A stretch of DNA of 64,000 bases from Candidatus Poribacteria bacterium (GCA_963665235.2 CAXXLX010000001.1:1152001-1216000); one strand, 5' to 3'. Shown: positions 1 to 10,965, numbered from the stretch's first letter. The notes: a model not told the origin generated them from the letters alone. Program-made: numbers and translations.

Positions 1-150
1 GGGTCTAGGCGGACGCGTGGTCGCTGATACCGAGAGCTGAAGCGTTTCATCTGCCTTGCAAAGCCTTTTGATGACGCTGCTTTTGCCACCCCCAGAAGGT
101 CCGGAGATGACGATAACCAAATTGTCGCGATAAAACGGTGTAGAACGCAT
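1..150 (-). CDS. gmk: Guanylate kinase, N-terminal part (runs off the window)
   Basis: Minus-strand translation from ATG 150: MRSTPFYRDNLVIVISGPSGGGKSSVIKRLCKADETLQLSVSATTRPPRP, with P-loop and the SxTTR.PR Gmk motif. Confidence 0.9.
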   Translation of the reverse strand, partial: MRSTPFYRDNLVIVISGPSGGGKSSVIKRLCKADETLQLSVSATTRPPRP

Positions 151-168
151 GTCTAAATTCAGTATAGG

Positions 169-636
169 TTAGTCTGCCGCTTCAGCAAGCTCCAATAACA
201 TCGGCGACTCAACACGGATAGCATCCTTAATGCATACCTCTTCGCATAACTTGCACCCAACGCAATCCTTCGGTTTGACTAATTCACAAATACCGAAAAA
301 ACTTTCAGCGTGCTCACCTGTAACCGGGTCTTTGAGTTCAAGACACTCCCAGGGACAGATATGAACGCAGAAATCACACCCAGAACAGAGCTCCTCATAG
401 ATAACAGCAATGGGCTGATGGGTCGGCCGGGGGATAAACTTGCACACCTCGCCGAATTGGTCACGGATGGCTTCCACCGGACACACTATGCCGCACGCGC
501 TACAATCAATACAGATAGTCGGGTCAATGATGTGCAACATATTCCGATCGCCGGTAATTGCATCAACCGGACAGTTGGTTAAACAAGCCGTACACCCAAT
601 GCATTCTTCAGTAATATAATATGCCATAGCTAACAA
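169..636 (-). CDS. Poly-4Fe-4S ferredoxin (four cluster motifs)
   Basis: Four CxxCxxCxxxC(P/I) motifs; start may be the internal MAYYIT. Confidence 0.9.
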   Translation of the reverse strand: MLAMAYYITEECIGCTACLTNCPVDAITGDRNMLHIIDPTICIDCSACGIVCPVEAIRDQFGEVCKFIPRPTHQPIAVIYEELCSGCDFCVHICPWECLELKDPVTGEHAESFFGICELVKPKDCVGCKLCEEVCIKDAIRVESPMLLELAEAAD

Positions 637-744
637 TACCTCCTAAGTCTTTATTGTAACGTACTTTTTTAAAAAAGTCAAATTGAAATTATTAGAAAAA
701 AATGATACAATGTCAGAATATAGTAATTTGTAGGTAACGCGATA

Positions 745-1473
745 ATGCAAACAAAACGGATTTGTCTTTGGTCAGGACCACGGAACATATCAACAGCACT
801 CATGTATTCCTTTGCACAGCGAAGCGATACGGCGGTTATTGATGAACCGTTATATGCCCACTATCTCCATGTCACGGGGGCAGTGCACCCAGGGCGAGAA
901 GCGGTGTTGGCCTCTATGGCTGTTGATAGTGCAGCGGTCATACAAGATGTGATTTTGGGACCGTGTGCCAAACCTGTCCTTTTTATGAAACAGATGGCAC
1001 ACCATCTCGTCGATATGGATAGAGATTTTCTGCGGGAGACCCTCAATGTTTTGCTTATCCGTGACCCGCGGGACATGCTGCCCTCGTTAATGAAGGTCAT
1101 CGGCGTGCCAGCTTTGAAAGATACAGGATTGAAGGTACAGGCGGACCTGCTTTCGGAATTGAAAGCGATAGGACAATCGCCGCCGATTTTAGACGCACGG
1201 GAATTGTTACGCTCGCCAGCTGAGGTGCTATCACAATTGTGTATTCGGCTCAACTTACGGTTTGAGGAGGCGATGCTATCGTGGCCGCGGGGTGGGCATC
1301 CATCAGATGGCGTTTGGGCACAGCATTGGTATGAAAATGTTCACCGAAGCACAGGTTTTGAACCCTACCGTCCGAAGCAGGAGCCGTTTCCTGCGGTGTT
1401 GAAAGAGATTTTGTCGACGTGTTTGCCGTATTATAATGTCCTACGTGCTGGTGCAATTGAGCCAACAAGATAA
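745..1473 (+). CDS. Sulfotransferase-like protein (P-loop fold)
   Basis: LWSGPRNISTALMYSF...DEP.Y, FMKQMAHH and LIRDP motifs. Confidence 0.75.
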   Translation: MQTKRICLWSGPRNISTALMYSFAQRSDTAVIDEPLYAHYLHVTGAVHPGREAVLASMAVDSAAVIQDVILGPCAKPVLFMKQMAHHLVDMDRDFLRETLNVLLIRDPRDMLPSLMKVIGVPALKDTGLKVQADLLSELKAIGQSPPILDARELLRSPAEVLSQLCIRLNLRFEEAMLSWPRGGHPSDGVWAQHWYENVHRSTGFEPYRPKQEPFPAVLKEILSTCLPYYNVLRAGAIEPTR

Positions 1474-1539
1474 CAAGTTGCTAAACACTGAAAAAATAAT
1501 TTGCACACAGCTATTTTTTTATGGTATAATGGAAAAAAT

Positions 1540-2406
1540 ATGCTGAATATCACACGCACAAAGGCATCCCGAATTGCACTGATTGAACGGAATACCGAGG
1601 AGGCTTTCCAAAAGCTGCTCCGAGAGTACTGGAGCTGGCACTTTGATGATTCGCTAACCGATGCAGTTCGGTTACTATTAAGTACAGAACTCGGGTGGGA
1701 GAGGACACTACAGCTGACAACTCCACCGGTGGGTGAGGTCATCTCACCCCTGGGATACGCGTTTGCACATGCGGATGAAACGGTTCGTGAGGCTGCTTTT
1801 CAGGTGCTAGCGGCAACCGTGCGTATTCCACGCGGCACTGCGTTAATCGGTGAAGAGTGCACCCCGCTGGAAGTGAATGCCTTTGAAATAGGGGTCTATC
1901 CCGTAACAAACGCACACTATCATCAATTCGTTCAGGAAACCGGTTACCCACCGCCAAAAGCGTGGGAAAATGGAACGTATCCGGAAAACAGAGGAGCACA
2001 CCCGGTCGTTTGGGTCACTTGCGAAGATGCTGAAGCTTATGCGAATGCTACCGGCGGCAGATTGCCGACCTTCGCGGAATGGCAATATGCAGCACGAACG
2101 ACTGACGATAGACTTTTTCCATGGGGATATGAAATTGATAAACCTCGATGCAACACTGCTGAACTCGGGGTCGGAGACACAACCCCGGTCGGTGTCTTTC
2201 CGGAGGGCATGAGTCCTTTTGGATGCTACGATATGCTGGGGAATGTTTGGGAATGGACAAGCACTGCTTACGACGACGAAGACAATTTTCGTGTCGCATG
2301 TGGCGGGGCATGGTATTACAATCATGAGTACAGCACCTGCATCAGTTACGACTTTTTTAGTAAAAACTATGCAGAATTTGTAATCGGATTCCGAATCGCT
2401 CGTTGA
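1540..2406 (+). CDS. Formylglycine-generating enzyme (FGE/SUMF1-like) domain protein
   Basis: YPVTNAHY, HPVVWVT, RLPTFAEWQYAAR, FPWG, DMLGNVWEW, IGFR motifs; start uncertain (1501 or 1540). Confidence 0.85.
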   Translation: MLNITRTKASRIALIERNTEEAFQKLLREYWSWHFDDSLTDAVRLLLSTELGWERTLQLTTPPVGEVISPLGYAFAHADETVREAAFQVLAATVRIPRGTALIGEECTPLEVNAFEIGVYPVTNAHYHQFVQETGYPPPKAWENGTYPENRGAHPVVWVTCEDAEAYANATGGRLPTFAEWQYAARTTDDRLFPWGYEIDKPRCNTAELGVGDTTPVGVFPEGMSPFGCYDMLGNVWEWTSTAYDDEDNFRVACGGAWYYNHEYSTCISYDFFSKNYAEFVIGFRIAR

Positions 2407-2420
2407 GAGGAGATTCTAAG

Positions 2421-2878
2421 GTAAAGATCACCCTGCTAAAGCATGGGTGCTTTGACATAACGTAACCACACACGTTCCCTGTCAAAGATTAAGTTCTTCA
2501 CTACACACATATATCGCGACATCGCGGCGTGGTAGCCGCAGGTATCTATAAAACGCGGGTAGGAAGTGATAAGCCTATTCGCTAAGGATGCTCCCCAAGT
2601 CTTAGGTAAGTGCTGATGTTCGTGATGTGGATGGGGAAATATATACTGCGAGAGCAGGCTTTATCGGAAAACCACATCTTTGGGTAAGGACACCGTGTCA
2701 GGTCAAGTAGACAGAAAGTGCGAGCTCTGTTGAACGAAGCAGCACACCCGAGTCCCAACACCCAGTGTGCTGGTGGTGTTAAAACGGCACACGCCCCCCT
2801 TGGGGGAATCTACAAGAACAAAGGAGGCGGTGTTTCCTCCCCCCACTAAAGCAGGGGGTATCCACACCGAATATTTTG
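2421..2878 (+). mobile_element. Non-autonomous IS200/IS605-type OMEGA element carrying a stand-alone omegaRNA, no ORF
   Basis: Left end GTAAAGATCACCCTGCTAAAGCATGGGTGCTTTGACA matches 44978 onward; shared GGATGCTCCCCAAGTC and GGATGGGGAAATA blocks; right-end hairpin GGTGTTTCCTCCCC..CTAAAGCA..GGGGT.TCCACACCGAA matches 46191-46234. Confidence 0.85.
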
Positions 2879-3496
2879 ATGAAAAACAGTAAAACCGAGG
2901 CAGAACGCCAAATCGCTAAAGAGCCGCGTCCTGAAAAAGCGACGCTAAAACGTGACGATTCAGCAATCTCATCAGACGCGTTGCAGAAAGAACTTATTCA
3001 GCGTGGACGTTTGGATATTCACACACATGAAGCCGCCGCGAAACATCTAAAACAGGGCGCGGATGCACTTAACGCCCGCAATTACGACAAAGCGATTGCA
3101 GAATTTCAGCAGGTCATTCAACACAACCGTGAATCCGCTGAAGCGCACTTCCACCTCGGCCTCGCTTACTTCATGATAGAGGACTATCACAAGGCGATAG
3201 ATGCTTACAAAATGGCGATTGCATGTGAGCCGAGCGAAGTGGCAGCACATATCAATCTCGCAGCAACGTACCGTGTACTCAAACGTTACGATGAGGCTAT
3301 TGACGTATATGAACGGGCTATCCGGTTTATACCGAACCATCCGGAACTGCATTCGGAACTCGGAACCGTTTATAATTTTCGGGGCAAACGGAAAGAAGCT
3401 GTCGCGGCATACAAAACCGCAATGCGACTCAAGTTGAAACTTACTGATGATGCTCGGCCTACGAAAATAGGAAAAACAGACGAGAATCCCAATTAA
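2879..3496 (+). CDS. TPR-repeat protein
   Basis: About four TPR units (AEAHFHLGLAYF, AAHINLAATY, ELHSELGTVY). Confidence 0.85.
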   Translation: MKNSKTEAERQIAKEPRPEKATLKRDDSAISSDALQKELIQRGRLDIHTHEAAAKHLKQGADALNARNYDKAIAEFQQVIQHNRESAEAHFHLGLAYFMIEDYHKAIDAYKMAIACEPSEVAAHINLAATYRVLKRYDEAIDVYERAIRFIPNHPELHSELGTVYNFRGKRKEAVAAYKTAMRLKLKLTDDARPTKIGKTDENPN

Positions 3497-3508
3497 AAGG
3501 AAAGCATC

Positions 3509-4108
3509 ATGTTTACCTCAGACGAAGATTTAATGATGGAATGCCGTAGAGGCGATATGGGGGCGTTTGAACTGCTGGTCAGACGCTACCAAGATGCCCT
3601 CGTAAACTACATTCACCATATCATTAACGATTATCACCTCGCCGAAGACTTGGCACAAGAGACATTTCTCCGTGTTTTCAAAAGCGCAAGTCGTTACGAA
3701 CCGAAAGCGTCCTTTAAAAGTTGGCTCTACACAATCGCAACCAATTTGTCGAGAAACGAACTCCGAAACCGCAAACGCCGAAATACCTACTTTCTAGAGG
3801 ACCTCGTTGAAGAAGGCGAAACGGTTCATGACTCCGAATTCATGGCGGATACACGGTATCAACCGGATATACTTTACGAAAAGAAGGAACGGCAACAGCT
3901 CATCCGAAAAGTGCTCAACCAACTTCCAGAAAATCAACGGTTGGCACTCACGTTGGTAACCTATCAGGAGCTCAGCTATGAAGAAATAGCCGAAATCCTT
4001 AAGTGTTCAATCGGGGCAGTGAAATCCTTAATTCACCGGGCACGCCAAAACATGAAAAAACTGCTTATCAAGGCGGGAATAGGAGAAGGGGTCAATGCAG
4101 AAATATAG
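3509..4108 (+). CDS. ECF RNA polymerase sigma factor (RpoE/SigW-like)
   Basis: AEDLAQETFLRVF, SFKSWLYTIATN, LSYEEIAEIL..SIGAVKSLIHRAR. Confidence 0.93.
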   Translation: MFTSDEDLMMECRRGDMGAFELLVRRYQDALVNYIHHIINDYHLAEDLAQETFLRVFKSASRYEPKASFKSWLYTIATNLSRNELRNRKRRNTYFLEDLVEEGETVHDSEFMADTRYQPDILYEKKERQQLIRKVLNQLPENQRLALTLVTYQELSYEEIAEILKCSIGAVKSLIHRARQNMKKLLIKAGIGEGVNAEI

Positions 4109-4622
4109 AATCAGCTCTTGTGAAAATATTCAGGCACACCTGTCAATCTATTTTGACGATGAGATGCCCCTATGGAAACGGCACCTCATCCGACAGCATC
4201 TGAAAAGATGTTCTGCCTGCGCGGAGCAGGCCGCATCCATTCAGCGAACAGATAAACTCCTTCGCTTTGTGGAACCTGTTGAAGCCTCTGAGACCTTCTT
4301 ATCGCATGTCATGCGACGCGTATCGACGGTGAAAACTTATCAGAAACCGCAACGTTCAGGTCTCCACCGACTCGGAATTTTCGTAGAGAAGATATTCACG
4401 CGGCTCCGACACAACATTCGCGCCTATACCCCCATTTATACGTTGGTGTTAACCTTCGCGGTCTTTACAATGATAGGCGTAACATTCTGCTTGCCACCGG
4501 GCGAAAAATTTGAACCGAAAACGCAATTTGATGCGGAGATGTCCGAAGCACATCGTGAAAAACTGATTCTGTTCGAAGTGATTCCGACACAGCACACTAA
4601 ACAAATTCTGAAAACCCGTTAA
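4095..4622 (+). CDS. Zinc-binding (zf-HC2) membrane anti-sigma factor
   Basis: HLKRCSAC (HxxxCxxC), a TM segment, overlaps the sigma factor stop. Confidence 0.85.
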   Translation: MQKYRISSCENIQAHLSIYFDDEMPLWKRHLIRQHLKRCSACAEQAASIQRTDKLLRFVEPVEASETFLSHVMRRVSTVKTYQKPQRSGLHRLGIFVEKIFTRLRHNIRAYTPIYTLVLTFAVFTMIGVTFCLPPGEKFEPKTQFDAEMSEAHREKLILFEVIPTQHTKQILKTR

Positions 4623-5276
4623 TCCTGCTAATCATGAAGATTCGCGCAACGCTAAAATAGTAATATGGAAAATACTCGAAATAGAAATCAATCCGCAGTG
4701 GGTCTGATAAACTTACCGTTTCAACGATACAATTTGGTAGTAAGAGACCCGTTTTATGCGTATCCTGACGATATGCTGCGATTTCTCCTGCAGGAAAAGA
4801 AATTCAGGTTCGTTGAACATTTAGACAGTGAATTAGCCACGGTTGAAGTCCGAACCATGGACATCTTATTAAAGGTGGAGATTGATGGAAAACCAGTCCT
4901 GATACATTGTGAAATACAGACAGACGATTCAAACCCAAACATGACTAGGCGAAATGTTGGATATATGGGCAGATGTTACGAACGATACGGACTGCCTATC
5001 TATTCCTCCGTGATTTATCTGAGGGAAACCGCAGGGAGTAGAGACACCGGCGGGTATATACAAGATATACCCGGATATCGTTTCATCGTTGAGTATCAGG
5101 TAATACGATTGTCCAAGATTGAGGGCGAGCCTATACTTCAAGCCAAATCCCCAGGGCTAATGCCATTCACACCTTTGATGAAAACTCCTGAAGGTATGTC
5201 AGAGGTTGAGTGGACAAAACGTTGTGTAGAAGTGACGAAATCACTTGATATAGATGTACAGTTAAGGAATAACTTA

Positions 5277-5779
5277 TACCATTTTTATTAATTATTCTAT
5301 CATTACCGGTTGTTAGAAATCAAACGGAGAACGGAAGACACAAACTGGAAGTTTATGCTACAATAAAGTGCACAAACTGGAAGTTTATGCTACAATAAAG
5401 TGCACAAACTGGAAGTTTATGCTACAAGAAAGAGCACAAACTGGAAGTTTATGCTACAATAAAGTGCACAAACTGGAAGTTTATGCTACAATAAAGTGCA
5501 CAAACTGGAAGTTTATGCTACTACAAGAAAGAGCACAAACTGGAAGTTTATGCTACAATAAAGTGCACAAACTGGAAGTTTATGCTACAAGAAAGTGCAC
5601 AAACTGGAAGTTTATGCTACAAGAAAGTGCACAAACTGGAAGTTTATGCTACAAGAAAGAGCACAAACTGGAAGTTTATGCTACAAGAAAGAGCACAAAC
5701 TGGAAGTTTATGCTACAATAAAGTGCACAAACTGGAAGTTTATGCTACAAGAAAGAGACATTTCCAATTAGAAATGGTA
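5277..5779 (+). mobile_element. MITE family A (TACCATTT...AAATGGTA), TTA target duplication, about 13 internal 32-bp repeats
   Basis: TTA at 5274-76 and 5780-82; same ends as 11634-12177 and 34220-34346. Confidence 0.92.
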
Positions 5780-5914
5780 TTACTTGTGGAACAGTGGGTC
5801 TTGAGCGGGTTGCGACATGGCCAACAAGACTTGCTAAGCACACTATCGGAGGATATTTTGAACAACTCACCGGTTTACGACCTGATTATTGAACGCGGCA
5901 TCGAACGCGGACGA

Positions 5915-6018
5915 GAACAAGGCATCGAACAAGGCATCGAACAAGGCATCGAACAAGGCATCGAACAAGGCATCGAACAAGGCATCGAACAAGGCATCGA
6001 ACAAGGCATCGAACAAGG
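5915..6018 (+). repeat. 12-bp coding tandem repeat GAACAAGGCATC, about 8 copies (EQGI)
   Basis: Direct inspection; typical Rpn C-terminal low-complexity repeat. Confidence 0.95.
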
Positions 6019-6709
6019 AAAGCAGCTAGGTGCAAAAGAGAGCACTATTGACAACATTCTCGGATTGATTGACCGACGTTTCAATATCAACGCTGCGCCT
6101 GCCTTAACACCTTTGCTCGAACCGATTGATGATTTACAGCAACTCCAACAACTGCTTTACGAAGCGTTAGACGCAGCACATTTGGAGGATTTCATCCGAA
6201 CGGTAACGGAAAGCACACGCTAACTAGCAACAGTGGGTCTTGAGCGGGTTGCGACATGACCAATAAGACCTGCTAACGGAAATTACTAAACTTTGGACAA
6301 TTTTAGGGAGGCACAACGTTCTTGTCAAAGGGATAGGTGGAAGGTTGGAAGATTGGAAGGGTGGAAGAGGGGAAGAGGTTTTTGAGGCGCGGCAGAGATA
6401 TGCTTAGCATCACAACCTTCTTGCTAACTGCCAACTGCCAAGGGTTTCCAACATTCTATAAACATTCCGCCCCGCTGGGGTAACCGTGCTTTGGAAAACC
6501 CATCGGCGGAAACCATTTTTCTCCTGTTTGCATTTGTGTGAGGCACTTAGAGAAAAATCAGAGATGCTTTGAAAGCGGGGATCCGACTCATGGATATTGT
6601 CCAAACTATAGTAACGGAAATTAACCGAACAATCAAAACTAACAAACATAAGGAGGGCGGGCTTTCCTCGCCACTTTGAAAGACGGGGACTTCAGTCCGT
6701 GAAATTTCA

Positions 6710-8464
6710 ATGAAATCTATAACCCGTAGTGCACTAGGCGTTTCCATGATACTCCACGTGATACTGCTGATTTTACTGTTTTTCTTCGTAGTACGCGACC
6801 AAGTACTCGCCCCTTTTCTTGATAAAGTAGACGTGGAACTTATATCAGCACCGAAACCCCTACAACCGAAGATGATAATAAAACCCCCGAAACCGCAGAT
6901 GCGACAGGTACAGGTCCATGAGGCAGAAAAGACACCTGTCACTAGGGTCGCCCCTATCCCAAACGCTGAATTCCAAGAGCGGCTTACCACCAAGGTTCCT
7001 GTCGATACAACACAACCTAACCTCAAACAGGTGGAGAAGGTGCCAACAGTAAAAACGGATATCAGCACCGCACTCGAAGACTTTACCACGAGGGACAGCC
7101 AGTTATCGCCTGCTGAAACGGCTGACATAACAGGCGAGAGAGCGTTCGGCGGGAAAACTGTTGGAGTACAAGGCGTTCGACGGACACCTACCCGCTCCAC
7201 CCTGGGGTTCTCGGAGACTGAAACCGGTACAGAGCCTGCACAAATCGGGGACCTCCACGAAAAGGGACAGACTTTGGACATCATCCCCTTCGACCGAATT
7301 CTGAGAAGCCTCGCAAGCAAAATCGTTGGCACAAGCGAAGGCGGGCCTATTGATGTCGTTTTCGTCGTTGATAACAGCGGCAGTATGAGCGATAATATCA
7401 GGGCAGTTTCAACACACCTCCGAGAGATGGTGGATGTCTACGAAAACACCGGAATTGATTACGCCCTCGGACTAACCCAATTCTGGACGAATGAAGGTGA
7501 AAACGTCATTCAACTCATACCCCTGACGCAAGACCTAAGGCAATACCGACGCGACATTGAAGAAATGTCTACTTACAGAGATGAAAATGCATTAGACGCT
7601 ATTATCAAAACTGTCAGAGAATTCGAATTTCGCGCAACGTCCAAAAAACATTTTATCCTCGTTACCGATGAACCTTTCACAAGCTTAGTCGGCGTAACCC
7701 TAGAAGACGCTATTGCCCTTTGCAGAGAATTCGGCATTTATGTCAATGTCCTCGGATTGGAGGACGACGAACACAAATTGCTTGCCAAAGAAACCGGTGG
7801 CAGTTGGCACGTCATCCCTGGACTGGCAAAAAAGATGTTACGTCCTCAAGTGCAGCGACCCAATACACCCCAAAACCCGCAACGCCAAACCCGGAATCTC
7901 CGAAAAGCACAATGGGCAAGCGTCAGTAAAATTGGCGATGCATTACTTCAAACCGTCGGAAGTACCCCCGTCGATATTATCCTATTTATTGATAGCAGTA
8001 AAAGCATGGAAGATAAAATTCCACACTTTTTGAACCAGCTGGACATCCTGGTACGCGATTGGGATAATGCACTTATTGACTATCAACTCGGCGCAGTACG
8101 GTTTCGGGCACGCGGGGCAGTCAACATCGTCAATACTTTCGACCCACCGCAAACGCTTGAAGAGGTTAAGAAAATCGCAGAACTCCCATGCGAAAAAGAT
8201 GAAAATGTTTCTGAAGCTTTGACCGAAGGACTACAACGGATTAAACTCCGCCCCAATGCAAAACCTTACCTCATCCTGATTACGGATGAACCGGTCCGAG
8301 ACAAAGCCTCAGCCCTGGCTGCCATTCGATACTTAAAGCAGAAAAAGGCTACTCTCAGCGTTATCGGCACTTATGACGATTTCCAGGAACGGGTCGCCAT
8401 CGAAACAGGAGGCATCTGGATACCCATCCCTGATGGACATACAACTAACGTAACACAGTGGTAG
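6710..8464 (+). CDS. Membrane-anchored protein with two VWA domains
   Basis: N-terminal TM and Pro-rich linker; MIDAS motifs DNSGS and DSSKS; LVTDE and LITDE. Confidence 0.85.
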   Translation: MKSITRSALGVSMILHVILLILLFFFVVRDQVLAPFLDKVDVELISAPKPLQPKMIIKPPKPQMRQVQVHEAEKTPVTRVAPIPNAEFQERLTTKVPVDTTQPNLKQVEKVPTVKTDISTALEDFTTRDSQLSPAETADITGERAFGGKTVGVQGVRRTPTRSTLGFSETETGTEPAQIGDLHEKGQTLDIIPFDRILRSLASKIVGTSEGGPIDVVFVVDNSGSMSDNIRAVSTHLREMVDVYENTGIDYALGLTQFWTNEGENVIQLIPLTQDLRQYRRDIEEMSTYRDENALDAIIKTVREFEFRATSKKHFILVTDEPFTSLVGVTLEDAIALCREFGIYVNVLGLEDDEHKLLAKETGGSWHVIPGLAKKMLRPQVQRPNTPQNPQRQTRNLRKAQWASVSKIGDALLQTVGSTPVDIILFIDSSKSMEDKIPHFLNQLDILVRDWDNALIDYQLGAVRFRARGAVNIVNTFDPPQTLEEVKKIAELPCEKDENVSEALTEGLQRIKLRPNAKPYLILITDEPVRDKASALAAIRYLKQKKATLSVIGTYDDFQERVAIETGGIWIPIPDGHTTNVTQW

Positions 8465-8533
8465 CTCGAAAACGTTACCACAGCAGTTGTGCTTACTCCC
8501 ACGGGAGTAGGCACACCCCGTTTTAGAGATAAA

Positions 8534-9145
8534 ATGAAAATAGCGGTCCTTGTTTCCGGGAGCGGAACCAATTTACAAACCCTCATTGACCAGTTACATC
8601 AAGATGAAAATAGCGGTATCGAAATTGCTGTCGTGATTAGCGACCGACAGCAGGCTTACGCCTTGACACGCGCGAAACGTGCCGACATCCCAACGCTGGT
8701 TGTTAGAACAAAACATTTTGAAAACCGAATCGATTATGACGCTGAAATCTCACGGCACATCGAACATTACGCCGCTGAACTCGTCGTACTTGCCGGGTTT
8801 ATGAAGCTGTTCCAACCCCCGTTCGTCCAAAAATACCGGAATCGCATCATTAACATACACCCCACGCTTCTGCCAGCATTCCCCGGAGCCACCCCGGTTG
8901 CCGATACGTTGGCTTACGGTGTTAAAGTGACAGGGGTCACCGTTCACTTCGTTGATGAAGGCGTAGATTCAGGACCTATTATCGCACAAACCGCCGTACC
9001 GGTGCTTGATACGGACGACGCAGAAAGCCTACATAACCGCATACAGATTGAAGAACACGAACTCTACCCCAAGGTGATTAAGTGGTACGCCCAAGGACAC
9101 CTGAAAATCGAGGGGCGAAAAGTTATCATCGAAAAGAAATGTTAG
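8534..9145 (+). CDS. purN: Phosphoribosylglycinamide formyltransferase
   Basis: IAVLVSGSGTNLQ, LAGFM, INIHP.LLP.FPG, GVTVHFVDEGVDSGPII. Confidence 0.97.
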   Translation: MKIAVLVSGSGTNLQTLIDQLHQDENSGIEIAVVISDRQQAYALTRAKRADIPTLVVRTKHFENRIDYDAEISRHIEHYAAELVVLAGFMKLFQPPFVQKYRNRIINIHPTLLPAFPGATPVADTLAYGVKVTGVTVHFVDEGVDSGPIIAQTAVPVLDTDDAESLHNRIQIEEHELYPKVIKWYAQGHLKIEGRKVIIEKKC

Positions 9146-10098
9146 CAATATCGACAATGTGGAACGCGCTTCGGCAACAGGACGGGGCGGAACTGTTTGA
9201 CGAGCTGAAACGCCTCGGTTTCGAGACAATTGAACTCAGCCGACACCTTACACATGAACAGCTAGAACAACTTAAGCTGTCTCTCCGTGATGTTGGACAA
9301 GTACCGCCCTGCTCTATACACAATTTTTGCCCGATTTTACCCAATACCTCCCAAGCTGAAGCGGAACATGACAAAATTCTGCTGTCCAGCCTGGATACAG
9401 ATGAACGGAAAGAGGCACTCCGCCGAACCTTACAAACGATGCAACTCGCCACAGAACTGGAAATACCCACCGTGGTACTTCACCTCGGCGCAGTAGACAC
9501 GTACGACCGTTCCTATCTCATGACTGACCTTTACAACTATGGCGAACGTGAGTTTGAGGCTTTTCAGAAAAAAGTGACGGAAGCAACGGAATGGCGAAAA
9601 CGCAAAGCCGCGAAACATCAAGACGCTATACTCCGAAGTCTTGACACACTAAACGAACACGCACTCCGAATGGACCTCTACATCGCTATTGAGAATCGAC
9701 CCCACTATTATCAAATACCGAATTTTGACGAAGTCGCCTTGTGCTTCGAGAAATTCTACGGCAGCCCAACCCGCTATTGGCACGACGTTGCACATGCCGC
9801 ATACCAAGAAAAACTCGGCCTCTGCCGCGCACACGAATGGCTCGATGCATACACTGAACATCTCATCGGGGTTAACCTGCACGACATGCAAGACCTCGAA
9901 CCTTACCATCTACCAGGAACAGGCGACCTGCTGTGGGAGGCGGTGTTCGAGCAACTCCCCGCGGAGGTCGTAAAGGTATTGGAAATTCAGCACGGAGACG
10001 CGGAAGCGGTAATACAAGCCCGTGAGTTCTGTGAATCGCTAATTCAAAATATTGACAAACGTTACAATGAAGTGTATAATATTAACACTAGTTCGTAA
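9139..10098 (+). CDS. Sugar phosphate isomerase/epimerase (xylose-isomerase-like TIM barrel)
   Basis: SIHNFCP, VVLHLG, IAIENR, WHDVAHA, NLHD, HLPG.G motifs. Confidence 0.8.
   Translation: MLAISTMWNALRQQDGAELFDELKRLGFETIELSRHLTHEQLEQLKLSLRDVGQVPPCSIHNFCPILPNTSQAEAEHDKILLSSLDTDERKEALRRTLQTMQLATELEIPTVVLHLGAVDTYDRSYLMTDLYNYGEREFEAFQKKVTEATEWRKRKAAKHQDAILRSLDTLNEHALRMDLYIAIENRPHYYQIPNFDEVALCFEKFYGSPTRYWHDVAHAAYQEKLGLCRAHEWLDAYTEHLIGVNLHDMQDLEPYHLPGTGDLLWEAVFEQLPAEVVKVLEIQHGDAEAVIQAREFCESLIQNIDKRYNEVYNINTSS
10052..10080 (+). promoter_or_regulatory. Perfect sigma70 promoter of an Rpn gene (identical copy at 19642-19670)
   Basis: TTGACA-17 bp-TATAAT. Confidence 0.8.
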
Positions 10099-10127
10099 TT
10101 ATCCCTGTTTTGAAGGATAACATCCCT

Positions 10128-10965
10128 ATGAAAGATAGGACAGAAGATTTTTTTAGACAGCTACTCGAAGCATTACCGCATCAACGCTACGATATTGTAA
10201 GCAAAGGCATATTCGCGGTGTTTGCCGAGGCCTTGTTGCGACATTTTACCAAAATCCGTGACCTTGAGTTCATAGAACAGCTCGATACAGAGCTGCCAAC
10301 CGTTGAAATCCGCCGCATGGATATTTTGGCAAAGGTGCGCATTAATGGTAAAGAGGTCTTGGTGCATATAGAGTTTCAAGTCGGCAGCCAGCCCGAAACA
10401 GAAATAGTGAAACGGAAACTGGCTAATGGCTATTGGCTATTGGCTTATGGCAAGATTTTCTGATTCTAATAAGAACTCTAACGCGCGTCAGAGTCCTCTT
10501 CTTCTTTTGCCAATTGCTAATCGCCAATTGCTAATCGCTAAATTGGCATTCACGCCCCTAATGAAGCGACCGGACGATGTATCCGCGGTGGAATGGGTCG
10601 AACGGTGTCACGAACAGGTACGCACGCTGGAGCTTGACCCTGATGTTCAAGACAACCTACTACTTTGGCAATGGATTCTGAGCGGGTTAATAGTTGACCC
10701 CGAAGAAATCAAACACCTAATGGAGGTTCCCATGTTTGAATCATCCACTTATCGATATATCTTCGAACAAGGACAACAAGAAAATGCTGTCAAAAACATC
10801 TTGAGTGTCCTTGATGTTCGCTTCGGCATCGGCACAGATCAAACCTTGCAGATAGAACTCGAGCAGATAGAAGACATACAACGCCTCGAAGCACTGCACC
10901 GAACAGCTGTCCAAACAGATAGTGTCGAGGCATTCATGCAAAAATTGACTGAAAACGGAAAATAG
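10128..10965 (+). pseudogene. Rpn-like gene with about 68 central codons replaced by a 125-bp heptamer-flanked element
   Basis: MDILAKV..HIEFQ N-half and AFTPLMK..C-half are in different frames; compared with the 4665 paralogue. Confidence 0.85.
10419..10543. repeat. Heptamer-flanked interspersed element (ATTGGCT.. / ..GCCAATTGCTAATC)
   Basis: Identical copy at 20007-20131; related copies at about 29260-29382, 35736-35822, 19603-19635 and 6403-6440. Confidence 0.8.

Larger units (their letters stand above)
4665..6223 (+). pseudogene. Rpn/YhgA-like PD-(D/E)XK protein interrupted by a MITE
   Basis: MDILLKV...HCEIQT core and EQGI repeats; removing 5277-5782 restores the frame (NNL-LVEQWVLSGL). 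Confidence 0.85.

Noticed and set aside
1540-2406. Diversity-generating retroelement target (FGE/CLec fold)
   Set aside because: No template repeat or reverse transcriptase seen in the window
5368-5721. Repetitive ORFs (also 34586-34924 and the first part of 5582-6223)
   Set aside because: Read-through translations of non-coding tandem repeats
6228-6276. Additional Rpn gene after 6223
   Set aside because: Only a degenerate duplicate of about 48 bp from 5790-5838
6547-7332. Long antisense ORFs (also 22848-23711, 16363-17085, 38156-38770, 59245-59910)
   Set aside because: Shadows of well-supported genes on the opposite strand, with no recognisable motifs
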